From positions 19,592,001 to 19,656,000 of the forward strand of contig NC_047071.1 in NCBI RefSeq assembly GCF_902459465.1: a stretch of DNA of 64,000 nucleotides, in the 5' to 3' direction. Shown here in pieces: positions 53,206-64,000 of the stretch; the first letter of the stretch is position 1, and every line of letters begins with the position of its first letter. Position numbers and translations under genes: made by a program. The notes beneath the pieces were generated by a model. The model was not told where the DNA came from, ran no database searches, and saw nothing but the letters and a program-made list of their open reading frames with translations. This DNA is from Asterias rubens (lineage: Eukaryota).

Positions 53206-54129
53206 TTTCCCAGATCAGCAAGTGTCAATACTCTGTTTGAGGTGAAGACGTGTAGCATGCCTCTCCCTTTATGTTATTATGGTAAATGGAAATAATTTCA
53301 TACTCGTCGTCCAAACCTGTTTTCATCATCCCAAACCCCTTTAAAAGACACTATAGTGTACCCCCGGGGCGGTTTGTCACCCCAGACGACGCATTCGGTA
53401 AGTCACTCCGCTTTGGAATGCACTTCAAAATGCATTACGGCCTGAACTCGTGTGCCTTTTCGGAGACTGAGCGAATTTCATCGCGATGTCCAAATAAAAA
53501 GATGTTCTCTTTGTATATATTTCCCTTCATCAATTTTCAAAACTGTGTGTGTATCATCGAAATGTATATAATAACAAATAAGCAGTATGTTTGTAATATT
53601 TATATTAACAAGTGATTATCCCTTTGAATGCCAGAATGACGGAAAAGGTTTTAGATTAGAAAAATATTAGATGGAAAACAAAACATGCTTTCGGTGATTT
53701 GTAAAATGGATTTTGCCGGAAGGAGAGCGTGGATCCGTCAACTGTAACGTGTTACAGAAAACCGGAAATATGTGGGACGAAGCGAGTATGAAACGACCAT
53801 TGCTTCGAGGATGTGAACAATCAGTCTTCTCAAACAAGCTATTGCTTCAAGACCTGGACGTGTTCTCTTTTCTTAATTATATCTTTCCAGACGCAAAGAC
53901 AATTCGCGCACGAATTCAGTACTCGCGAAAATAAGACTCTAATGAACATTGATGAAGATGGACACTGAAGGTCATACGTCTGACGCTGCAAAGATGTCGG
54001 ATATAGAAAATATCGAAAAACGACTTCATTTAAAAACTATTCAGCTCTTGTTTCAGGGTCACAGAGTCAGAAAGTGCATACAAAAATAAATAATTCTCGG
54101 GGGGGGGGGGGTAATGACACGCTGCGTGT

Positions 54130-54340
54130 GGTGGCAGAGCAGTAAAGTGCATCGAACTCAAGCTATGAATCAACAGAGTGTGGGTTTGTTTCCCGGTCGT
54201 GACATTTATGTTCTTCAGCAAGGCACTTAACCATAATTGCTTCTCCTTACCCAGGTGTATAAATGAGAATCTGATACTGTATTGTGTTTTATTAACCCAT
54301 GTGCGCTAAGTTTAGCAGTCTGTGGTTGTATGCTCTCTGT
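54130..54340 (+). mobile_element. tRNA-derived SINE (same family)
   Basis: gaactcaagct...gtgtgggtttgtttcccggtcgtgacatttatgttcttcagcaaggcacttaaccataattgcttctccttacccaggtgtataaatg. Confidence 0.75.
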
Positions 54341-56956
54341 GAGAGCAGTCTGGGGGGGGGGGGGGTCATGTGATGCTCTCCTGGGAGCTGAGCTGTTTCT
54401 TAGGGAGTTGAGGAAGTCTTAGGAATGGTCAAACTATGCCAGACGAGCAGGTGTGAATTGCCTTGATCTATAGCTACTGAACATGTGTGCTGTATGAACC
54501 AACTATTGTTATTTTTAATATTAAATGATTGTCTACAAATATCTTCGGAACATTTATCTTGAGAGAACAAAATCTCCTCATAAATCTTCAGTAACAACCA
54601 TTTGAGACGGTTTGTACTGTAGTGGCATACTCCTTGTGCACTGTGTACTGAGTTTGATGCTATTACCACATGGTATCATACTGTAGGCTGGCACAGTGCA
54701 TCTATCATTCAATACCACGTGGTTGTCAATTGTTAATAAGTAGTGAGACATCAGGATGGTAAATGAGAAGACTCATGTTGAATTTGTTTATTATTGCCTG
54801 ACCAGTCATTAAGATTAACAATTATGTTAATCTTGAAGGAATATTCTTGTTGAACAAATATTACTGCTTTCACGCAGGAAGAATAATTAATATGTAATTT
54901 GAAACACAATCTGAGGAACATGTCATGCATCTGTTTTTCTAAAACCACATTCCCTGCAGGAAATCACAATGCCATACATAATCCACAGCCGCAATGCTTC
55001 TTATTCTTACTAAGTAATTTTCATGGTCATTGATTATTGAAGTAGTGACCTACACCTTCCCTTTAAATTGATTATTGAAACAAAAACATAAATCGATCGT
55101 ACTTCCCCCTAAACCAATGATGCATCACCCAAATTGTACTTGTTATTTTTTTATTTTTTTAAATAACAAGATTGGACCGATCAATTTTAGATTATAATTT
55201 AATTACGATGACATTGATATTTCACGGATGTTTTGATTGTTATGCCACTGGTATAAATCTGTCAGCACGGATCATAATTAACAATTCGTGACATCCACTC
55301 CGGGCCAGATTTCTTTACCGGAAATAGGGCCCGAGTGGAATGTTTTGGTTTAATTATAAATTAGGTTCCAACATTGAGTCTTAAAAATACATCACCACAT
55401 TCTTGAAATTCTCATACATTAAATTCATTATTGTTTGTTGGTACATTTTGCTGTAAGTATTGGTTAGTTACAAAATGCACGTGTGTGTTATAATGGATGT
55501 TAAGTGCAAATTAAAATTTGAAGGAAAAAAAGGGTCTGCTGACAAGAGGGCCTACATAACATTAACACACAATCATCGGAAACGAATAATGTATGCAACA
55601 TACCTGAACATTTACGCAAAACTTATTTGGTTAATGTTACTTGTCATGATTCATGATAGTTATTTTAACTCAAATAAGAAAATACTCAAAAATAACAATC
55701 TCCCAAAAGCTAACGGAGTTTTACTATTATAACTGCTCCACAAAAAAAAAACATTCAAAACCTACAATTGTTGTTAATTATTCGCATTTCTACACCAATG
55801 ACACAATAATAGCAATGATGTTGTTAAACGCAGTTAGTACTGACTGTTAACATCCGATTAACGATTAACAATGGACACGGTAAACGTTGAACGCGGTTCA
55901 CGTTAAAACTCCGTATTTTATAAATGTGTACTTCACAATAAAACAGATGACGTACCAATTAGATTAACGATAAATACATTTAAAAATAACTTTGTATTTA
56001 ATATTTCGATGTGGTACGCCTTATGCAATTTCGATAGTATTTGTTCGGGATAAAGATAACCGTGGTAACTTGTTTAGAGTTCACGCACTGGCCTCCAGAA
56101 TCCCCACAAAGTGTGCCGTAATTTGATACCAAATCCTCACAATCTTCCACAATAAACACGGTACCATACCGCCTTTAAACCCCGATCTAAAAAGAAGAAG
56201 CAAAACAAAAACGGTCGCGTGATCGGGGAAGGTTTATAGATACAAATTAAAATAACCAATTATAAATGAAAGTTTCAAATTGGATTTTAATTCAGAGTCG
56301 GTGTGATGATTGTCCATAATTGAAGATGATATAAAATTGAGATCTTGTTAGTCGCAATCCAATCATATCAAGAGATCAGAGGCGGCCAGGCAAAGTTCCA
56401 TTTTCTCGTTTTCTTTCCTTTGGTCATTTAACAAACATTGCACTCATATACCTCGAACCAAGCACGGCCTGAGATGTCAGGCTTAACCGCATTACATCGA
56501 ACATCTCGTGAAATAACAAGAACACGTTTGCGTCAGGGATTTGGACCGATAATATTATTGGTAACACGTATGGTTGACACATCAGAAAACACCTTCACGC
56601 ATCTTGGCCTGCAGATCATGAGTTGTTTTTAAGGAAGAGAGAGCAAGTTCTTTAAAATCTGTGTTCAGCGAAGAATTAAATCATTGATACCTTCTGGTCT
56701 TCAGAAAACAAAACATATGTTTTACTATGTTGATGTTTTAAACTATGTTCATACTTCAGTTATAGCTATTTATGTCCACACTGCAGTTGAGCTCAATCTA
56801 AAATGGAACCCAAGTTATTTTGAATCAATGTTGCTTTCAACGAAACAACAACTCAACAAACTGAAATTAGAACCAAGTTCTTTGGGGACAAAGGTGCTTT
56901 AAGGGAAACAGTATCTCAATAGATTCTCGATTTAAAACCATTAAGCGTAAGAAATT

Positions 56957-57135
56957 CCGCAATAATGATTACTCTTACACCGACCGACATGCAGGGATCG
57001 AGTTCTGCGATAACTGATTAGAATAACAGTATTGAACAGTATTTATGAAGCGCCAAATTGGGAGGATCTGGATTTGTCCGCAACCATGGTTACTCTTACA
57101 GTGATTGACTTGCAGGGATCGAGTTATGATGCAAT
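56957..57135. repeat. Short diverged direct repeat, 121-bp offset
   Basis: ccgcaa..atg.ttactcttaca...tgcagggatcgagtt at 56957 and 57078. Confidence 0.6.
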
Positions 57136-59021
57136 AAGATTTATCTAGATTTGTAATGTGACGTCACACTTTGCTTAGCAAAGATTAAAAGACAACTTAA
57201 GATCATTCTGAGCTCTTTGTTAAATAGAGTCCTGTGTATGTACAATCGGAATAACGGTACACTGCAAGCAATTTCAAATGAACAAATCCCACTTTTCAAT
57301 GATGTTAACATGTTATGTTGTGTACGTTTTGGCTTACGGGAGCGTGGGATAAAGCTGTAGTAATGGCTCCTTGTTCTACATCTCAGGAGAGATCAAGAGA
57401 TCACGAGAAGAAGCAGAAGGTCTGGTTCACGCTCAAAAACTCTGAAGGTGTGAACTAGGTCAGACACAGTGGTGGCACATTCACGATAACAATCTCGGCT
57501 TGTCTCTTGAATAAGCCATGCACTGAAGAGTTCAGAGATAACAATACACTGAAAAGATGTTGTGTATCGTGACTTACAACGTCTTGAATCGGGATGGTGG
57601 TTTTATAAAGTCCGTAGATTTTAGATGTCAGCGGTGGCCGAGGTAAATGAAGTCATGTATATTATGTTTACACAACTCATATTACCACCCCAAAGAAAAT
57701 CCCGTGTAAAATTTAATTGACGCAAGAAATGGGTCAGTAAATCCGCAATGTTGGAGTCTTTATAGATCTTCAAGTAAAATAATAATAATAACAGTAAGAG
57801 ACGAAGAAAGCCTTTACGATTCATTAGAATTCAATCCGAGTGATATAAAACTCTTGCCGTACGGGGGGCATTAACCCCCTGGTCTGCGGACGGAGCTCTT
57901 AAGGACGCTTCAGATGCTTCATTTAAAAATATAATCCAGGATGAACTATTTATGAATTGAGTGGCTGTCGAGTTCAGTGTTACTGGAACTTTCTTGGGGC
58001 CAAGGGTCCCTGAAGAGATTTACTTAGCAAGGGGAAGGCTGTATATCACAATGAAGAAGATTTTGAAAGTTAAAGAAACATTGATGAACTGTATCAATTG
58101 TGTGACAATTGAAGAACAAATATTGTCTGGGAAATGTTGAAAGATTCATAAGCTCAATTCTAGATGATGTTCTGTATATGAACATGTCATGTTAGAGAAC
58201 TAGTGAAGCAGGGCGTATGATTATTGTTAGTTAACTCCTGAACTTTGATGCTGCAATGGCATTCAGTTTGTTTAATTAGCACTTCTCTTGAGGACTTGTA
58301 AAAGCTGCAATGAACTTGAACTTTATAATCCAGGAGCTTTGAGATGTATTATTATTAATTTTTATTTTCTTCGAATAACAAGTTACACATTAATTGTTAC
58401 CAACATTTCCGGGTCAGGACAACAAGCTGACATCTGGGCTTGAATATTGATCAATTGTATCTACGTTTATGTGTCTGAAAGGTCTTGAACTTTAGAGAGA
58501 AATTCTAAATAAACACAGTTTTTGAAAGCACCATTCATTTTCTCAATAAAACATCGCTGTTCATAGATTCAATCCAGTTCACCATATGTTCTTCGTTGTT
58601 TGCTTGGGTACAATTGTTTTATTACAATAAAACGTATTGTATTTCTCTCAGTTTGATCAATTGTTATTTCGGGGGTATGATAATATTTGGAATAGTGGCG
58701 AGTATCAAGGTTTCTAAACACCATCTGTGTGTTTCGGCAACAAAATGATAGTATCGTGGAGATCTGTGTATTTTTTTTTGTTCTTTATTTGTTTTGATGG
58801 TAAATTCGTTTCTCTCCGCTTAAATTTCACCATACAGCCAGAGTCAAAAATAATTACTTCAAACATGAGGGTATTTGTTTTTTGAAAACGACGAAACTTG
58901 GTTGTTTGTATTTAAGGGCATATATTCACATTCAAATTGGATAATAGTAAAAAGCTAGTTTCTAATTTAGCGCGTTTTACAATAACGTAAAATGCGCTTC
59001 GAATTTATAGTGCAGAATCCC

Positions 59022-59245
59022 GTATCTCAGCTCTCGGTGGGGAGTATACAGCCCCGGGCTGCCGTTCAATCCGAAGGCTTTTTCCAACCTTTACCCTTAC
59101 AATAACCCATTTATATCTGGGTTAAGAGAATAATTTATGTAAAGTATCTTGCTCAAGGACACAAGTGTCATAACCAGGATTCGAACCCACACTCTTTATG
59201 GCTAAACCAGAACTTGAATACGATGTTTTAAACCGTTCGGTTGAC
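59022..59245 (-). mobile_element. tRNA-derived SINE (same family)
   Basis: cccatttatatctgggttaagagaa...cttgctcaaggacacaagtgtcataaccaggattcgaacccacactc...gaacttga is the reverse complement of the 54130 pattern. Confidence 0.8.
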
Positions 59246-60270
59246 ACACTATATGATTGCACGTAATCCATTATTTTCTAGTAAAATCAATTTTTTTGCA
59301 ATCATTTTTGTAGATTTTTTATGATGTTAACATTTAGTTTTCTTGTACCGAAAAGTGACACTATATAGGCCTGTATCAATAGCCAATTTATGACTTTAAG
59401 GTAGGGGCTCGAAGGTAGGGATCAGGATGGTGAAACACTCTTAATATGGACAGAAATCCTGGTGAAAGTATACAGCACTTTTTCAATTAGTCTCTTAAAC
59501 CTCACGTTTAATGGTGTAAAATGTCATTCTATTTTTGGATACCATTCCATTACAAATGCTTTCATCATTCTTAGACATCGTGTCATGTTTCAAATAATAT
59601 GGGTTTGCACATTATTTGAATGCAAAATCTGTTTGGTTCATTTGACAATACTCAATCAAACATTTGACCGTATATGACTACAAATGGAATGTACTGACCC
59701 AGTTGTTGTTAAAATCCAATTAGTCTCTAAACCTTAAATTAAAATGGTGTACAATTTTATTATCCAATGACACCATTATTCAAGTACGATCTTTGAATAA
59801 CCATATTCTTAAAAATCAAACAATGTCTCATTTTATATATATGTGTCTGATTTCATTTCCACTACCTTATAGAGACCAAGGACAAAACAGAAAAGGGAAA
59901 TAAAAGGACCCCATAGGGAAATTCTAAAGACCTGGGTGCCCCACAAGGAATTTTGTGTACAAAGTCTATGGGAGGCTCTTTACTACAGGGACAAAGGAAA
60001 GAACAAAATATGCCTCCACATACATGTAACAAAATGAATGTATGTACATTTGTATGCGTTTTAGTTAATTCAACGCTATTCAACCCAAATTGGTTTTGAA
60101 TTTGACCTTTTGACTGACGCAATATTTTATCTTTGGAATGTTACAGACCATTAGGCCTAGTTGTTGATATACATTGACAGAGGGCTGGATTTAATTTGAG
60201 GTTCAAGTTTAGGAAACAACAATAATAAGCAATATTTGAAGTTTTACAGAGCAGCAAAGCAGGAGACTCT

Positions 60271-60330
60271 AGTATCCTCCTGAAGACGAGCAGAAACGTC
60301 GAGACTACACCAGCTCTTCTCAGAGCCAAA
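60271..60330 (+). ncRNA. Degenerate minimal type-I hammerhead ribozyme motif (Penelope-type terminal remnant)
   Basis: ctc-CTGAAGA-cgagca-GAAAC-GTC-gag. Core boxes are at 60280-60286 and 60293-60297, stem III is the palindrome ACGT, and stem I is ctc/gag. The 3' strand of stem II is missing. Confidence 0.5.
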
Positions 60331-60911
60331 ACTCCCCTTAAACATTAACACACGGTTGTAGCTGCAAGTTTTAAAGTACAGTTACTTCCCGCCATATTAA
60401 TTTTTGTTCTTATTGCTTTATTATTGGATTATTAGAACAACAATAAATCAAGGAACGCCAAGAACAAAAAAAAAACATTTATTTTGACAATAATATACTG
60501 ACATCATCATGTACGCTAATACTGTAATTGTTAGTTAAAACACGATACCGATACTGTCAGTTCAATTCATGTCATCTGGTTTGCTTTGGGGCAATATAGT
60601 ACGGACGTTCAGCCCTCTCCCCACCCCTCCCACCCCCATCTCCAACCATAGCCCTTCATCAACGGCAAGGAAAACTCACACCTAGTAGTCTCTCTCAAAC
60701 AAAACACTAAATCGATTCAGCAGCGCTTTGGTTAAAAAAAAAAAAAAACTCGTGCAGGTTTCCATTGCTGACGATTCTCGTCTGCTTTCGGTTAGGCCCG
60801 CGTTTCATCGATTAATGTAGCCGAGATTTTCCTCTAAAACCCCTGTCCCTGGACAAATTAATTCCCAGTGAAATTTATTTTAGCCACTTATGGCTAAAGT
60901 TGTGTCCCTAG

Positions 60912-61023
60912 GTATAAGATGGTTTGTATAAGATGGCTTGTATAAGATGGTTTGTATAAGATGGTTTGTATAAGATGGTTTGTATAAGATGGTTTGTATA
61001 AGATGGCTTGTATAAGATGGCTT
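60912..61023. repeat. 14-bp minisatellite, 8 units
   Basis: (gtataagatgg(t/c)tt) x8. Confidence 0.97.
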
Positions 61024-62970
61024 GTTGAAACAAGAAAGGATAGATATCTTGCAGGCAGAGAGAAAGGCGCGATGTTTATCCCTTGATGCTCAAGTCGGGT
61101 GAATTATTTCAAAAATGAGCAAGAAATATTAATACAAAAAAGCAAGTATTAAAGAGCGTTTTAGAGTGTCTGTCTTTTTTTCTACTTTTTTTCTTTTTCA
61201 ACTCCACTCGAAAGAAAATCCAAGTTGTCTCTATTATTAAAGGCAGTTTTGTTCTTATGTGAATCAAGCTTTTTTTATTCGGACGATCTATTGGAATAAA
61301 GCAAATAAAATAATCACCTCGTTTAATGATGAGTATAGGTTTACTCAATAAAAGCAAATTCAATGTTTATTTTTCCCCGTTGTTACATTGTTCCTTCCTC
61401 TGGATTGTCAATGGTTTTGCACTTTTACTCGACACCGTACAAAGGGCCCGTATATATATGGATATACGAGGAAACTTCTGTTAGTTTCACAAATAAATTA
61501 AATCGAAATATTTACAATTTTATGACAACATTAAACAGGTTTGTAAATGAACCGAATACTAAAAAAAAACAATATTTGTACCGATTTCTTTTACCAGAAT
61601 GCGCACATTCCCGACTCGTTTTTCCCCAATTTCTTCGACTGAAAAAACCCGATACAACTTGAACAAATCATTGATTATATAGGCGAGACTGTTTTCGTTT
61701 TAAAATGAAAAGGTTTCATGTCTGGCGTCTTCATATCATACATGAGATTTTTCTCCCCCACGCAAATGTTGCAACATTCGTTGAGTGTGCAGACTGTACG
61801 ACTTTAAGGAGAGACAATAACATTCAAAGACCCTTCGATAACCTGGGCGGAAAACAAGGATATAATGTTGATCTTTAATTTTCACGTAACTTCCCCTCTA
61901 AGTTTGTTCAAACATCGCTCCAATCCCAACTGGACCTATTTCCATTGGTTCTTGTTTTGTTTGTTCGTCGAGTATTCATGGGGTATAAGCATTGGGTCGC
62001 AAACCTGACGAAATAAAGACAAATTACAAAGAAAAAGAAGTTTATCTTGTCACCAAAAAAAATTTTGGCGGGAATAATTTCCCGCCAATTTCAGTGTGAC
62101 AGGAAATCTGACTATAATACGCAATGTTTAATGATGTCTATACAATAATCAAAACAACACACTTCTATAATGGTGCATACTGCTTCGGATCATAATAAAA
62201 AATAAAAAATAAACTTTATTTTCTGTTGTCATGTAGGCCTAATTTAAAGTTTTTTTCCCTGTGGGTGTGAAGTGCCAATTTTCAAGCGTGATTATATCCC
62301 AATATTGCGATAATCCTTTTTTTGGAACAACAAAAAGTTGACAAAGTCAAAAGCTGCAGAGAGTAAATGTTTTTGTTTTCAAGAAAGAAAACCAACATAT
62401 TTTAAAGTCCGTGAAATTACAGAATCTTAAAGGTATAACTGACCAATAATTAGGAATAATAATAAATAACTTCAGGCAAGGGTTGACTAATAAGAACTCT
62501 ATTAATCAAGTGTGGGATTAGAAATTGATCTGGGGGAAAAATTATAAGCATAATATTAATTGTGAAACTTTAATTTCGCCCGTTTTTTATCATAAAAACT
62601 AACCCAAAACACAGGTCATCTGTTTACAATCAATCTACGGTAAAATGTCATTCTAATACAGAAGATAAGACGGAAACTATTAGAATATTTTAGTTTTTAA
62701 CAAAAACTATTTGTTGTTAATCACAATATTAACAAACTAACTATCGGTTGTTGTGAGTCAGATATCAATATTGAGCTACATGTGCCCTCGATTTAAATTC
62801 CATCCATACAGAAACAGTGAGAACCGTAATTAAGAAACACCCTCAGTTTTCGCATAGCCTACTAGTCATATTCCATCTAATGTATGTGTTGTATCTTTGT
62901 AATAGTCATGGTATCACACAAACAAGGGAAACCGCGTAATTATAAGTTTATATTCATATCCTGGTAATTA

Positions 62971-63016
62971 CTTTGCTTTCCATTTCAGATCCTCCATCAA
63001 GATATGAGAGGTGAGT
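62971..63016 (+). other. Splice acceptor (AG 62987-62988) and strong donor (GTGAGT 63011-63016) upstream of the GPCR start
   Basis: ctttgctttccatttcag|atcctccatcaagatatgagag|gtgagt: polypyrimidine tract plus CAG, with a consensus donor 22 nt later. Sequence motif only, no transcript evidence. Confidence 0.55.
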
Positions 63017-63160
63017 AACCTCAGGGGAATGCACTTCGATGCTAACAGAGAGGGACTCAAGGACGTCATATCGCCCGCCCTCGCACGGTCAGAATCAACC
63101 AGTCTACAAAAAACCGGGGCTCACTGTAGTAACGTGTCCTCGGCTCAGATCACACACGCA

Positions 63161-63440
63161 GTGAACATCTGATGATGTGTGATAAAGTGAACACTCTTAG
63201 AGTAAGATCATCAGTTGCTTCTTGTTACTGGTTGAACTTCCAGAAGGAACACTCGAACTTTGAACATCTTATGATGTGTATCGAACAATCTTAGAGTTGA
63301 TCTCTAGTTACTTCTTGTTACGCTTTTGAACTTCCCGAAGTAACACTGGCGTTGTGAACATCTGACGATGTGTATGGAACCCTCTTAGAATAGATCGCCA
63401 GTTGCTGCTTGTAACGTTTTCAACTCCCTGGAGGAACTAT
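63161..63440. repeat. Three diverged ~95-99 bp tandem units in the presumed GPCR 5' leader
   Basis: Units begin gtgaacatctgatgatgtgt (63161), ttgaacatcttatgatgtgt (63260) and gtgaacatctgacgatgtgt (63354). They share tcttaga, gatc, agtt(g/a)ct(t/g)cttgt and (g/c)aact(t/c)cc..gaag/gagg blocks. Confidence 0.8.
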
Positions 63441-63475
63441 TCATTTCTTGCTTTGGTTCGCAATCTGTAAACACC

Positions 63476-64000
63476 ATGGCGACTACATCAGTCAATCCAA
63501 CTTTGATAACTTACATTTATGAGACAGTGGAAGTGAATGATACCTACTCCAACTTCACCAAAGCGGGCCCGACGTCTGATGGCAATGGAACCGACTATCA
63601 TTCAGGTATTAGCATTTATGATGATTACTTAATACGACTGATTCTCTACGTGATTATATTCGTAGTCTCAACAATAGGAAACACTGCGGTATTGTGTAGT
63701 CTCATCAAAGGACGCAGGAGGAAGTCTCGGGTGAATCTTCTCATCATGCACTTGACTGTAGCAGATCTTATGATAACGTTCTTCAATATCCCAACATACT
63801 TCATCTGGCTCATTACATACCAGTGGTACGGCGGGGATATCATGTGTAGGTCAGTCATGTACATTGCCATGGTAGGGACATACGCGTCGCCATTCATTCT
63901 CATCGTCATAAGTCTAGACCGGTTTGCCTCTATTGTATTCCCACTTAGCGTCCGGCAGGCAGATATGAGGTGTAAGATTATGCTACGGGTTGCGTGGGCA
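63476..64000 (+). CDS. Class A neuropeptide GPCR of the GnRH/corazonin/AKH receptor type; first 175 codons (N-terminus to TM4), continues beyond the window
   Basis: Manual translation: MATTSVNPTLITYIYETVEVNDTYSNFTKAGPTSDGNGTDYHSGISIYDDYLIRLILYVIIFVVSTIGNTAVLCSLIKGRRRKSRVNLLIMHLTVADLMITFFNIPTYFIWLITYQWYGGDIMCRSVMYIAMVGTYASPFILIVISLDRFASIVFPLSVRQADMRCKIMLRVAWA. It has a good Kozak context (acaccATGg), three N-glycosylation sequons (NDT, NFT, NGT), TM1 GN, TM2 LTVADL, ECL1 W-x-G-x-x-x-C, TM3 DRF (DRY variant) and TM4 W. The RKSRVNLLIMHL-x-x-ADL stretch is typical of GnRH/CRZ/AKH-type receptors. The exact ortholog is not determined. Confidence 0.95.
   Translation, partial: MATTSVNPTLITYIYETVEVNDTYSNFTKAGPTSDGNGTDYHSGISIYDDYLIRLILYVIIFVVSTIGNTAVLCSLIKGRRRKSRVNLLIMHLTVADLMITFFNIPTYFIWLITYQWYGGDIMCRSVMYIAMVGTYASPFILIVISLDRFASIVFPLSVRQADMRCKIMLRVAWA

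Overview
AT-rich eukaryotic (animal) genomic DNA, not prokaryotic. There are no operons, no CRISPR array and no rRNA, and I see no intact tRNA gene. The repeat content suggests an echinoderm such as a sea star, but that is inference from memory, not a database result. The only convincing protein-coding sequence is at the far right. An ORF from 63476 runs off the window end, which is why the ORF track lacks it, and encodes the N-terminus and TM1-TM4 of a rhodopsin-class neuropeptide GPCR of the GnRH/corazonin/AKH receptor group. Its apparent 5' leader has a strong splice acceptor, uORFs and a 3x ~97-bp repeat. The other ~63 kb looks intronic or intergenic and is full of non-autonomous mobile elements. 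The largest is a ~6.8-kb structure (14347-21183) that resolves into one Helentron/DINE-1-like element inserted into the 5' end of another copy of the same family. Each copy carries a tRNA-like Pol III promoter and palindromic minisatellites. Also present are four TTAA-type, Kolobok-like MITEs (one keeps a THAP-like start, MPTRCIAAEC), several tRNA-derived SINEs, a long hairpin element with a C(GAA)G apex, three degenerate minimal hammerhead-ribozyme motifs, and minisatellites. None of the ORFs in the supplied track is supported as a real gene.
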